This document shows positions 53,737-63,379 of a DNA stretch of 64,000 nucleotides, piece by piece. The DNA lies in assembly GCA_041489925.1 (NCBI GenBank), contig JBGPSD010000003.1:1993-65992 (forward strand), in the 5' to 3' direction. Position 1 is the first letter of the stretch. Every line of letters starts with the position of its first letter. A program made the translations under genes and the position numbers. The DNA comes from Candidatus Nanoarchaeia archaeon (GTDB taxonomy: Archaea; Nanobdellota; Nanobdellia; Woesearchaeales; ARS49). The notes under the pieces are model-generated. The model was not told where the DNA came from. It was given only the letters and a program-made list of their open reading frames with translations, and did not search any database.

Positions 53737-54753
53737 ATGAAACAAACTATAGACAGAACAATTGCGAGGATTTGCGCACAAAATTCCCTTGAGGCAGGCA
53801 GGGAAATCAGGAACGCAATCCAGAACCTTAGCCTCAGGGAGCGCTGGCATACACAGCAGTCAATTCTAAAGCGGTCATCGCAGTCAAGGGCTGCAGACGC
53901 GGTTGGCGAAGCGATTGGGCTGCGCCACCTCGAGCGCCTTGCCTGTGCGACAGGATACAACATCCAGATGGTTGTGGGCCCCTCAGAGACTTATCAAATT
54001 GGAAAGCAGAAGCGGCCGGAAAGCATCTATGTATTTTTTGACGCGATTGACGGAACATCAAAGGTGGTGGGGCTTGGGGGAGCACAGTATCAGGCAAATG
54101 ACGGCAACTGGGGCATTGGGTTTGCGTTCACAAATCCCACGCACAAACCGCTTGAAGATTTGATGATTGACGATTTCGTCAGCGCTGCAGTCATATCAGG
54201 AAACCCGCGCGTGCAGGAGTGCGCGCCGCAGGAGGTTTACGCAATAAAAACCCCTGAGGAATGCGCAGCTTATGACTCGTCAGGCAGGCAGGTTTATACT
54301 ACCACGCAGAACAAGCTGTGCAGGACATTTGCTCATTTTGAATCATTCCAGGCATTTGACCGCAAAACCACAGACCGCGATACCGGGTTGCTCGCCACAA
54401 AGCTTTATTCCGGGCTCATCGACAGAAACTCAGGAGGCGCATTTGACGTGCTGCGCACATACGGCAACCTGAGCGCGTTTATTGCTGCAATGCTGGGCTG
54501 GCGCGATAACAAACTGCCTGAATCCCAGGGCGGCGTATTCATTGTCCTTAATGAAAACCTCTGGAACATGATTCCCTGCACAATCATCAATGAGGCAGCG
54601 GGCGGAATCTCAACTGATTTGTGCGGAAAATCTCTTTCCAGGCGGGCGCTGAAGGATGGCAGGGCTAATGTGATGCACGCTGCCAACCAGGAATTGTATA
54701 AGCAGGCGATGCAGTGTGTGCAGTATGCGCAAAAGGCAGTAAAGACAGCCTGA
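53737..54753 (+). CDS. Divergent inositol monophosphatase/FBPase superfamily protein
   Basis: SE..FFDAIDGT (DPIDGT-like), RTYG, LWN..EAAGG..TD..G, HAAN; WD changed to WN. Confidence 0.65.
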   Translation: MKQTIDRTIARICAQNSLEAGREIRNAIQNLSLRERWHTQQSILKRSSQSRAADAVGEAIGLRHLERLACATGYNIQMVVGPSETYQIGKQKRPESIYVFFDAIDGTSKVVGLGGAQYQANDGNWGIGFAFTNPTHKPLEDLMIDDFVSAAVISGNPRVQECAPQEVYAIKTPEECAAYDSSGRQVYTTTQNKLCRTFAHFESFQAFDRKTTDRDTGLLATKLYSGLIDRNSGGAFDVLRTYGNLSAFIAAMLGWRDNKLPESQGGVFIVLNENLWNMIPCTIINEAAGGISTDLCGKSLSRRALKDGRANVMHAANQELYKQAMQCVQYAQKAVKTA

Positions 54754-54812
54754 TACATCTTGCGCAGAAGATTTAAATAGAGCACCCGAATAGACCGGAC
54801 AAGTGGTTTGCC

Positions 54813-55532
54813 ATGAAAATAGTAATAGTAATGCCTGCTTACAATGCGGCAAAAACAATTGAAAGCGTATTTGACCGAATTCCAAAGGATTTCTGGCACA
54901 AGATTGACCATGTTCTTATTGTAAATGACGGCAGCAAGGACAACCTGCCTGAAGTTATTGAGCGCATCAGGAAAAAATACCATAAAATCGGCGTGCTTAC
55001 GCACCCGCAAAACCGCGGCTATGGCGCAGCCCAGAAGACAGGCTTCACAGAGGCAGTTCGCTTAGGAGCGGATATCGCGGTTTTGCTGCACTCAGACGGC
55101 CAGTATGCGCCTGAGATTTTGCAGAAGATGGTTGACCCGATCGAGCAGGGGGTTGCAGACGTTGTGCTTGGCTCGCGAATGCTTGGAGGAATGGCGCTCA
55201 AGGGAGGAATGCCTTTGTACAAGTATTTGGGCAACCGCGGGCTGACAATGATAGAAAATCTTGCATACGGCATGCGCATCTCCGAGTACCACACCGGCTA
55301 CATGATTTATTCAAGGAAAGCGCTTGCAGCAATCACTTTCACAAGGCTAAGCAACACTTTCCATTTTGACGGAGAGATGATCATGATGTCAGGCAAGAAG
55401 AGGCTCCGCATCAGGGAAGTGCCCATCCCGACAAGGTATGCCGAAGAAAAATCAAACCTTAAACCAATAAAGTACGGCATTGACGTGCTCAAGATAATCT
55501 GGAGAAACTGGACAGGAAAATATGACTTCTAA
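54813..55532 (+). CDS. GT2 glycosyltransferase, DPM1-like
   Basis: PAYNA, NDGSKD, NRGYGAAQK, HSDGQY, GGMPLYK, EYHTGY. Confidence 0.9.
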   Translation: MKIVIVMPAYNAAKTIESVFDRIPKDFWHKIDHVLIVNDGSKDNLPEVIERIRKKYHKIGVLTHPQNRGYGAAQKTGFTEAVRLGADIAVLLHSDGQYAPEILQKMVDPIEQGVADVVLGSRMLGGMALKGGMPLYKYLGNRGLTMIENLAYGMRISEYHTGYMIYSRKALAAITFTRLSNTFHFDGEMIMMSGKKRLRIREVPIPTRYAEEKSNLKPIKYGIDVLKIIWRNWTGKYDF

Positions 55533-57327
55533 ATATTTGCTCCGCGGTCTTGGAATCGCCCTTGTCATTTTGGGAAGTGTGGTCAGCACTGAATGGATGC
55601 TCGCGCTCATCAAATCTCTCATTAATCCCGCGACAGTCATCAGGCCTGAATGGGTGCAGGATTTGGCGCGCGTCAAGATTGTGGCAATAATCGCAGGAAT
55701 CCTGCTGGTCTTAGGCACATTTGTGAATCTTTCATTTGAAAAGGTGAAGGTGACTGTACCGCGGAAATTGCGCCTGCAGAGGTTTGTCGCGGTTATGCTC
55801 CTGCTGGCTTTCCTGGCAGGTGCATACTGGGCGTTTCGCCCGATTGATGTCAATGTGGGAAGCCTATACATTGATGATTCTTTTTATTTCCTGAAAATCG
55901 CGGAAAATGTTCCCAAGTATGGCATGGTGACATTTGACGGCACAAATCCCTCAAATGGGTTTCAGCCATTGTGGCTCATTATTCTGATAGCATTGACTGC
56001 AGCAATTCCCAGCAAGATTGCACTTATCACAATCGCCACTCTCATACTTGTACTGGGGCACGTGCTGACTGCGTATATCCTGTATCGCATCTGCGCAATG
56101 TATGGTTATGAGCGGGCAGGGGCTGTGCTTGCATTGTTCTGGGCTTTCAACCCGTTCATTCTCTGGACTGCTGCTTCAGGCCTTGAAACAGGATTGTACC
56201 TGTTCCTGCTGAGCGCAAGCCTGTGGTATTATCTCTGCCACAGGGATTTCCTTAAGCCAAAGCAGAGCGCAATTCTCGGCTTGCTTCTTGGGCTCACATT
56301 CCTTACGCGGCTTGATGCGGCAATTTTTGCAATTGCCATTGCACTGGATTATCTTTTCCTGAATCGCAAGAAGTTTGTTGATGCATTCCTGCAGCTGGTG
56401 CCTTGCGGCATTGTGCTCATACTGTTCACAATGTCCTGGTTTTTGTTCAGCTGGTGGCACTCGCATGCTCTCACTCCTTTAAGCGGCGCCACCAAGGCAT
56501 TGGTATCATACGTTGGCTATTATACAGGAATCGCGGACTTGGTAATCAAAAGGGCGTTCACTACTCTTGCGCTCATCAAGGAAGGGATGGAATTCATTGG
56601 GTTCTGGAATTTGCAGGGATTTGTGTATGCTGCGGCAATTGCAGCATTATGGCTTGCCGCAATGGTTTTGCTTGCAAGGAAGACCCGCATAAATACCCGC
56701 CCAGCAATTTTCCTGTGCGCGTACTGCGTGATGCTTTTTGGCTATTATATTTCCACAAGCGTGGATATCAGGTATTTGATGCCCATTGTCCTGCTGTCAA
56801 TGCTCGGCACTGCGCTGTTGCTTGCGCATACATACCGTGCGCACCCTGCGAAAAATGCAGTGCGTTGGATATACCTTGCAGTTGGGCTCTTTCTTGCTGT
56901 AAACATTCTGGTGAGCGCAATACAGGCTGCAAAAACAGGCCAGCTTAGCGGCGAATGGAATCCATTGCAGTACACAATGTACGAGGACGGAATTGGATGG
57001 ATGCGTGCAAACACGCCCCCTGACACAGTCATCGGCGCATTTAATTCAGGAGTGTACGGCTATTTCAGCGGCAGAAAGGTTGTGAACCTTGACGGCGTGA
57101 TTAATGACAATGCATACCGCGCGCTAAGGGACAATCGCATGTACGCGTATATCACGGAGCAGAACATTTCATACATCCTTGACTGGGAGTATGTTGAGGA
57201 TTATTATTTCAACAGGTTCGGCGGCGACACAAACATGTCTGCGCACCTGACGCGCGTGGCTGTGCTGCCAAAAAGGGATGAGCCGCACAAGGGTTTGCCG
57301 CTTATCGTGTATAAGGTGAACCAGTGA
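55522..57327 (+). CDS. GT-C fold membrane glycosyltransferase
   Basis: DDSFYF..A.N..TFDG..NGFQPLW, SGLET, TRLD, RY, FNSG..GYFS..VNLDGVIN. Confidence 0.8.
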   Translation: MTSKYLLRGLGIALVILGSVVSTEWMLALIKSLINPATVIRPEWVQDLARVKIVAIIAGILLVLGTFVNLSFEKVKVTVPRKLRLQRFVAVMLLLAFLAGAYWAFRPIDVNVGSLYIDDSFYFLKIAENVPKYGMVTFDGTNPSNGFQPLWLIILIALTAAIPSKIALITIATLILVLGHVLTAYILYRICAMYGYERAGAVLALFWAFNPFILWTAASGLETGLYLFLLSASLWYYLCHRDFLKPKQSAILGLLLGLTFLTRLDAAIFAIAIALDYLFLNRKKFVDAFLQLVPCGIVLILFTMSWFLFSWWHSHALTPLSGATKALVSYVGYYTGIADLVIKRAFTTLALIKEGMEFIGFWNLQGFVYAAAIAALWLAAMVLLARKTRINTRPAIFLCAYCVMLFGYYISTSVDIRYLMPIVLLSMLGTALLLAHTYRAHPAKNAVRWIYLAVGLFLAVNILVSAIQAAKTGQLSGEWNPLQYTMYEDGIGWMRANTPPDTVIGAFNSGVYGYFSGRKVVNLDGVINDNAYRALRDNRMYAYITEQNISYILDWEYVEDYYFNRFGGDTNMSAHLTRVAVLPKRDEPHKGLPLIVYKVNQ

Positions 57328-58961
57328 AAAACATTCTGAAGAATCCACGGGCGTGGTATGCGGCATTGCTTGTTATTTTTCTCGCATTCCGTTTGTTTAC
57401 GGCCAATGAAGCGTATTTTATCAGCGGTGATGAGGCAAAGTATCTCAAAGGCGCGCTGACATTCCCAAAATATTTGGTGTGGAACAACCAGTTTGATGTT
57501 TACAATCCGCCTGTGCTTTCAGCGCTGTTTGCGATTAACGGCTGGGTGTTTGGCGACCTGTTACGCGGCGCACAGATTGTTGAACTGTTCTTTGCAATCC
57601 TTTTTTTCATTTACTGCATCAAGCTGTTCAAGCTTCTGGGAAAACCCGACCCATGGATTTGGATTGCAATGCTGTTCATCTCGCTCGCGCATGAAATGAT
57701 AATGATGGCATATCGGCTTTACAAAGAACAAGTATACGTTGCATTGTTTGTGATGATGCTGTATTATTTCCTGCGCGCACTGAGGGGCGAAAACAGGCAT
57801 TATATCACCGCTGCAGTGATAGGCGCGGTTACTGCATACACTGCAGACCACATGTTCTTGTTCATCCCAATCATGGCGCTTATGCTGGCAGTATTTTGCA
57901 CGAAAAAAACAAGCGTTATCAAAGCGCTTGCATGCATTGCATTGATAAGCATTGTCTATTGCAGCTGGCTTGGCATCCGTGTCTGGGTTTACGAGACAAA
58001 TGACTGGTATCCTGTCGGGGTTGACGGCACCCCTGAATATGTGCGCGATTACGGCCTGCGGCAGATTTTGTCGCCGCCTGCATTCCCTGACACTATGGCG
58101 CTGACAGGGTATTATATTGGCATCCGCCCTGCCCATGCTGCAGCGTATCTTGCATACTTACTGAATCTGGAACCCGGGCTGATTCCTACAGACCTCACAT
58201 ATGATACTGCGCAGGCATTGCTCGGTCTCAAGCCGGTGCTCCTGATGATTCTTTTATACATCCCCCTGATTGCAGTAATACTTTTTGGGGCATGGCGGTC
58301 CCGCAAATCGCTCTTCACCACGCATTTGCATTGGAAGTTTTTGCGGGGAAACATCCCTTTTTTCTTTGCCGCCACATACCTGATACTTAACATATTCATA
58401 ATTTACAGGGGGTTCTCAAACCGCTATTCTCTCGGAGCAATGATTCCGCTGGCTTTCTTTCTCACAGAAGGAATAAGCGCACTTGCACGCAAATTTAAGC
58501 TGGACTTTTCAATGGCTGCCAAGGCATTAATCGTAATAGCGCTCATTGTCCTTGTGCCATTGCACCTTGCTTCACACAGGACATTTGTGCTTGCAATTCC
58601 GTTTGAGGCGGATGCACAGAATACTGCGCTGTTCCTTGCAGGCCTTCCCGGAGATGGCATTATGGTGCAGGCAGGATATACACCGGAGATTACTTGGCTG
58701 ACACACCCTAAACGGGTGCTTTCGCTCCCAAGAACTCCGGAACATTTTGAATCGCTCATAAAAAAGTATGATGTTCATTACGTGGCATTCGGCGAACGAT
58801 ACTGGGCGGCACCCACTCCGGAAAACAAAGAAAAAGTCTGGGATTATGACGCCATCGATTATATCAGGTCAAATCCTGCGCAGTTTGAATTGCTCAAAAC
58901 AATAACTGAGCAGTATCAGGCATCTGACGCAGACAAACTGTACGTCTATCGGGTGCGTTGA
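57324..58961 (+). CDS. GT-C-like membrane glycosyltransferase
   Basis: SGDEAKY..NPP, multi-TM, NRY, C-terminal soluble domain; GTG start overlaps the upstream stop. Confidence 0.7.
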   Translation: MKNILKNPRAWYAALLVIFLAFRLFTANEAYFISGDEAKYLKGALTFPKYLVWNNQFDVYNPPVLSALFAINGWVFGDLLRGAQIVELFFAILFFIYCIKLFKLLGKPDPWIWIAMLFISLAHEMIMMAYRLYKEQVYVALFVMMLYYFLRALRGENRHYITAAVIGAVTAYTADHMFLFIPIMALMLAVFCTKKTSVIKALACIALISIVYCSWLGIRVWVYETNDWYPVGVDGTPEYVRDYGLRQILSPPAFPDTMALTGYYIGIRPAHAAAYLAYLLNLEPGLIPTDLTYDTAQALLGLKPVLLMILLYIPLIAVILFGAWRSRKSLFTTHLHWKFLRGNIPFFFAATYLILNIFIIYRGFSNRYSLGAMIPLAFFLTEGISALARKFKLDFSMAAKALIVIALIVLVPLHLASHRTFVLAIPFEADAQNTALFLAGLPGDGIMVQAGYTPEITWLTHPKRVLSLPRTPEHFESLIKKYDVHYVAFGERYWAAPTPENKEKVWDYDAIDYIRSNPAQFELLKTITEQYQASDADKLYVYRVR

Positions 58962-59620
58962 GCAACAATAACAAATTGGAATGCAAAAAGTGTTTTCCAG
59001 CAGCGCGTGGCAAAATACGACAACGCGTGAATGAATCCCAATGGCCTGCGCAGCGCAAACCACTGCGAAATTGTCGGCAGGGGGATTGGCGTGGGGATTA
59101 TTTCCTTGATGCGGTAACCATTCTCGGCAAGCAGCCGCTTCATTGTCTTAAGGGTATAAAACCTCAAATGCGTCTTGTCCATGATTCCCCGTTCTGTATA
59201 TTCAAATCTTCCGAACAACAGGTTCAGCCTGATCCAGAAATGTGCGACATTGGGTATGGACGCAATAAGTCGCCCGGATGGCGCGAGATTGCGCTTGAGC
59301 CTGCGTAGGAATATATCAGGCCTCTTGAAATGCTCAAGCACATCTGCACAAATAATGTAATCAAATGTGCGCCTGGGAAGCGGCATTGTTTCAATATCAC
59401 CCACAAAGACTGCGGAACAATATTTCCGCGCTTGCCTTGCAACTGCAGGATCAATTTCAATTCCGGTTACGCAGCAGCTTTTGCGGGCGAGTGCTTCAGC
59501 AAGATACCCTTGTGCGCATCCAACATCAAACACAGATGAGGAAGGTTTTATTGCTGCAAGTATTCTGCCATGGCTGCTCCAATTGTCTGGCTTAAACCGG
59601 TAGGTAAACTGCTGGGACAT
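58946..59620 (-). CDS. Class I SAM methyltransferase
   Basis: FDVGCAQG, ADVLEH, SIPNVAH, GIMDKTHLRF. Confidence 0.88.
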   Translation of the reverse strand: MSQQFTYRFKPDNWSSHGRILAAIKPSSSVFDVGCAQGYLAEALARKSCCVTGIEIDPAVARQARKYCSAVFVGDIETMPLPRRTFDYIICADVLEHFKRPDIFLRRLKRNLAPSGRLIASIPNVAHFWIRLNLLFGRFEYTERGIMDKTHLRFYTLKTMKRLLAENGYRIKEIIPTPIPLPTISQWFALRRPLGFIHALSYFATRCWKTLFAFQFVIVAQRTR

Positions 59621-59741
59621 CGCCTGCAATAATTCATGGCAGGTTATAAATGTTATTAAGCATATCCGGCAGCCAACCGCACTTAAAATGCAGATAATGC
59701 GAGCACAAGCTTAATAAATAAGACCTGATAGGAGGAGGCAT

Positions 59742-60755
59742 ATGGGGAAGTGCATACTGGTTACTGGCGCAGCGGGATTTATGGGCTCGCACCTTGTGGA
59801 CGCGCTGTTAGCTGAAGGCCACGAGATCCACGCGCTTGATGACCTTAGCGGCGGTTATCGCGAAAATGTCAATCCCAAGGCAGTGTTCCATCAGGTGGAC
59901 CTGCGGGATGAGATTTCCACGCGGAAGGCTGTTGAGAAGATAAAGCCAGAACTCATCTATCACCTTGCTGCTGACGCGACAGAAGGCAGGAGCCAGTTTT
60001 TGCCTCTGGACTGCACACGCCGCAATTATCTCGCTTACCTCAACCTGCTGGTTCCTGCCGTCAAGAACGGGATGAAGAAAATAGTCCTGTTTTCTAGCAT
60101 GGCGGTGTATGGCGCGCAGAAGCCGCCGTTCCACGAGGGCCTTGAGCCCAAGCCGGAGGATATTTACGGCATTTCCAAATTCGCAATGGAAGAGGCAACA
60201 AAGGTGCTCGGAGACATTCACAAGTTCAAATGGACAATTCTCAGGCCGCACAATGTGTACGGTCCGAGGCAGAATATGGCAGACCCGTACAGGAACGTGG
60301 TCGCCATTTTCATGAACAGCCTGCTGCGTGACAAGCACTTCTACGTTTATGGCGATGGCGAGCAGAAGCGCTCGTTCAGCTACATCGAGGACCAGACGCC
60401 GTGCATTATGCGCGCAGGATTTTCAGAAGAGTGCAACAGCCACATCATTAACATAGGCCCGACCAAGGAATACACGATTAACGAGCTTGCAAAAATCATT
60501 CTCGATATTACTGGAAAGAATCACCTGAAGCAGCAGCACCTCCCTTCCCGGCCGCGAGAGGTCAAGGATGCGTGGTGCACGAATGACAAGGCATGCAGGA
60601 TGCTCGGCTACAAGGACCGCTTCAGCCTTAATGAAGGGCTTGCGCGAATGTGGGAGTGGGCAAAGCAGCGCGGCCCGATGCAGCCAAAATACATTGATGC
60701 CCTTGAGCTTGAAACAGATGAAGTTCCTGCGACCTGGAGAAACAAGCTCATCTGA
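59742..60755 (+). CDS. NAD-dependent epimerase/dehydratase (GalE-like)
   Basis: TGAAGFMG, SSMAVYG, YGISK, HNVYGPRQ; GGAGGAGG ribosome site. Confidence 0.9.
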   Translation: MGKCILVTGAAGFMGSHLVDALLAEGHEIHALDDLSGGYRENVNPKAVFHQVDLRDEISTRKAVEKIKPELIYHLAADATEGRSQFLPLDCTRRNYLAYLNLLVPAVKNGMKKIVLFSSMAVYGAQKPPFHEGLEPKPEDIYGISKFAMEEATKVLGDIHKFKWTILRPHNVYGPRQNMADPYRNVVAIFMNSLLRDKHFYVYGDGEQKRSFSYIEDQTPCIMRAGFSEECNSHIINIGPTKEYTINELAKIILDITGKNHLKQQHLPSRPREVKDAWCTNDKACRMLGYKDRFSLNEGLARMWEWAKQRGPMQPKYIDALELETDEVPATWRNKLI

Positions 60756-60846
60756 AGCGCTTTACTTCTCGCAATGACGCGCGGGCATATCAACTAGTGG
60801 AAATCGTGACATTTATAAAGCTCAATGCACGGACTAAAACAGGGTC

Positions 60847-61932
60847 ATGCAAATGTATGAGACGCGATTGGTTTTCAAGCCGTTCCTCGCGGCAATTGAC
60901 ACTGTTGGTTACACAGGATTCTGGTGGCGCAAGCTGAGGAGAATGCCCGAGCCAAAAAAGATTCTCTGCATACGCATTGACCACATTGGTGATGTGCTGC
61001 TCACAACTCCTGCATTCCGCGCGCTGCGGAAGCGCTTCCCCAAGGCGCGGATTGATGTCCTTGTGCGCTCATTCTCAGAAGGCATCCTCACAGGCAACAG
61101 GAACATTGACAGGGTTATCGCGTTTGACGCCCCCTGGCTTGGGCTGCATGGCAGGCGCGCAACTGCTGCTGAAACAAGGAAAAAGGCGGATGAGCTGGCA
61201 AAGGAAAAATATGACATTGTCATTGACTTTCATGCAGACCCCCGGAACATTCTGCTCGCGCGCAAACTCGGCAAATACACTGTGGGCTATGGCATCCGCG
61301 GCTTTGGCTTCATGCACAACAAAGTGGTGCAGTATCCTCAGCAGGCACACCAGATTCAGCGGAATCTGGCACTTGTGCGCGCGCTTGGCGCAGACAGCTC
61401 TCCTGATATGGATTTGCCAGTTTCCGGCGCCGCGGCAAGGAAGGCGCAGGCGCTCCTGAAAAAGGCAGGCAGACGGAAGATTGTCTGCATTACCCCTGCG
61501 AGCGGTCGCAAGGAAAAATACTGGCTGAATGAGCGTTGGGCTGCTGTTGCAGACGCGCTGGTGGAAAAGTATGGAGCACGCATCGCGCTCACAGGCGGCA
61601 AAGGCGACCTTGGAGACATTGATGCAATAATAAGCGCAATGCAGCGCAAGGATGCAGTCATCAATCTCGCTGGAAAGACATCATTGCAGGAATTGTGCGC
61701 TGTGATAAGGCGCTGTGCCCTTTTTGTCGGGCCTGACACAGGCCCTGCGCATATTGCGCGGGCTCTCAAAGTGCCCCTGCTGGCTTTGTTCGGCCCTGAA
61801 AACCCCCGCAGGTGGGGCTACTCAGAGGGAAATTACAGGAGTATATGGAAGAAAAGGATGAGCGATATCACCGTTGATAATGTTCTTGGCGAGATTGCAA
61901 AAATGAAAGTGCTTCGCGCAGTTCGGGAATGA
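60847..61932 (+). CDS. GT9 family glycosyltransferase (heptosyltransferase-like)
   Basis: RIDHIGDVLL, LAGKTSL, DTGPAHIA..LFGP. Confidence 0.9.
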   Translation: MQMYETRLVFKPFLAAIDTVGYTGFWWRKLRRMPEPKKILCIRIDHIGDVLLTTPAFRALRKRFPKARIDVLVRSFSEGILTGNRNIDRVIAFDAPWLGLHGRRATAAETRKKADELAKEKYDIVIDFHADPRNILLARKLGKYTVGYGIRGFGFMHNKVVQYPQQAHQIQRNLALVRALGADSSPDMDLPVSGAAARKAQALLKKAGRRKIVCITPASGRKEKYWLNERWAAVADALVEKYGARIALTGGKGDLGDIDAIISAMQRKDAVINLAGKTSLQELCAVIRRCALFVGPDTGPAHIARALKVPLLALFGPENPRRWGYSEGNYRSIWKKRMSDITVDNVLGEIAKMKVLRAVRE

Positions 61933-61977
61933 ACTTTACCAGCGCAAAGCCTTAAAAGCCGGAAGTATTCACGCTCA

Positions 61978-62502
61978 ATGATGAAACGACTCAACATAGG
62001 ATGCGGCAATGATGCCAGAGCGGGCTATGTCAATTTGGACGTAAACCCCTGCAAGGGTGTTGATATCGTGCATAACCTTAACAAATGCCCTTACCCGTTT
62101 AAGGATGGAACATTTGACGAAATTATTGCGTACAGCATCCTGGAGCACGTGCAGGATTTAATCAAGACCATGGCAGAGCTGCACCGCATCTTAAAGCCAG
62201 GAGGCAAGCTGGATATTATCGTGCCGCACTATAACGGACCGCTTGCATGGGGCAATCCAACGCATTTGCGCACATTCTCGCATGACACGTTCAGGTTCTT
62301 TGTAAAGGGCCACGCGCAGGAAAAGTATGCTGAGCCAGAATGCCTGTTTTCCAAAGCAACCATCCGTTACCGTTTTGGCAAGGGATTTGCAGTCTGGAAC
62401 TGGCTCATTGAGCCGCTCGCGAACCTGTATCCGGGGCTGTATGAGAACACACCATTGAGTGTTTTCCCTCTCGAGGGCTTGCGCATTGTTCTGGTCAAGT
62501 AA
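61978..62502 (+). CDS. Methyltransferase type 11-like protein
   Basis: LNIGCG, VNLD, ILEH, RILKPGG, PTH. Confidence 0.85.
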   Translation: MMKRLNIGCGNDARAGYVNLDVNPCKGVDIVHNLNKCPYPFKDGTFDEIIAYSILEHVQDLIKTMAELHRILKPGGKLDIIVPHYNGPLAWGNPTHLRTFSHDTFRFFVKGHAQEKYAEPECLFSKATIRYRFGKGFAVWNWLIEPLANLYPGLYENTPLSVFPLEGLRIVLVK

Positions 62503-63280
62503 GCTTCACGCCAAGCTTGCCAAGGAAGACAAACCAGTATAGAAGAAAGTTATAGAGCGCGTGCTGGAAGGATGTGCTGATGTCTGCCTTGGTGAAAAGC
62601 GCACGCTTTATCAGGTAATAATATCCGAGGTAGAGGAAAAACCATAGCGGTGCCTTGAAAAGATACCAAATTGATGGTTTGGTCGCGAGTTTCTTTTTCA
62701 GGAGCTGGTCTGCGTGGATGCGCGTGATACGCACGTCGCGCTTGAGGAACATGCGGAGCGTGCCGCGTTCGCCTTCCTGCAAATGGATTATGCTGTAGGG
62801 TGTGTCCACAACCTTGCCGCGCACGAGCACAGCCTCGTTAGGAAGCCCGCGGAAGCGCGTGATGGCGCTTTTGCGGAAGAGGATGCGTTTTTGCGCCTTG
62901 GAGAAAAAGCCCTTGGTAACCTTTTTGTTTCCGTACTTAATGGGCCAATGGACAGTATATGCGCCAACATCCTTGCGCGCTGTTAGTTTTTTGATATTTT
63001 TGCGAAGCAGGGGCGTGAGCCTCTCGTCCTGGTCAATCCACAGTATCCAGTCGCCGCTTGCTTTGGCAAACGTGAAAGGCCGGTGTGGCTCTGCCTCGCC
63101 AACGAATGGCCTGACATATACTTTCTTTGTGTATTCCCTACAGATGGCAAGCGTGCGGTCTTTGCACGGCCCGTCGTGCACAACAACAATATCGTCAACA
63201 ACGCATTTTATGCTTTCAAGGCATTTGCGGATTAGCTTTTCCCCATTCCAAACAACAAGGCATGCTGAGATTGTAGCCAC
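62495..63280 (-). CDS. GT2 glycosyltransferase (beta-glucosyltransferase-like)
   Basis: ISACLVVWN, HDG..D.T, DWILWIDQDE, RILF. Confidence 0.82.
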   Translation of the reverse strand: MATISACLVVWNGEKLIRKCLESIKCVVDDIVVVHDGPCKDRTLAICREYTKKVYVRPFVGEAEPHRPFTFAKASGDWILWIDQDERLTPLLRKNIKKLTARKDVGAYTVHWPIKYGNKKVTKGFFSKAQKRILFRKSAITRFRGLPNEAVLVRGKVVDTPYSIIHLQEGERGTLRMFLKRDVRITRIHADQLLKKKLATKPSIWYLFKAPLWFFLYLGYYYLIKRALFTKADISTSFQHALYNFLLYWFVFLGKLGVKLT

Positions 63281-63379
63281 GCAGTAAAACTCGGATAGAC
63301 TGTATTTAAAGATTATGGACGTATTGCGCCAATCCTGAAAAAGTGAATGTTTTTAAATGCCTAAACCGCAGGTGAAGTT

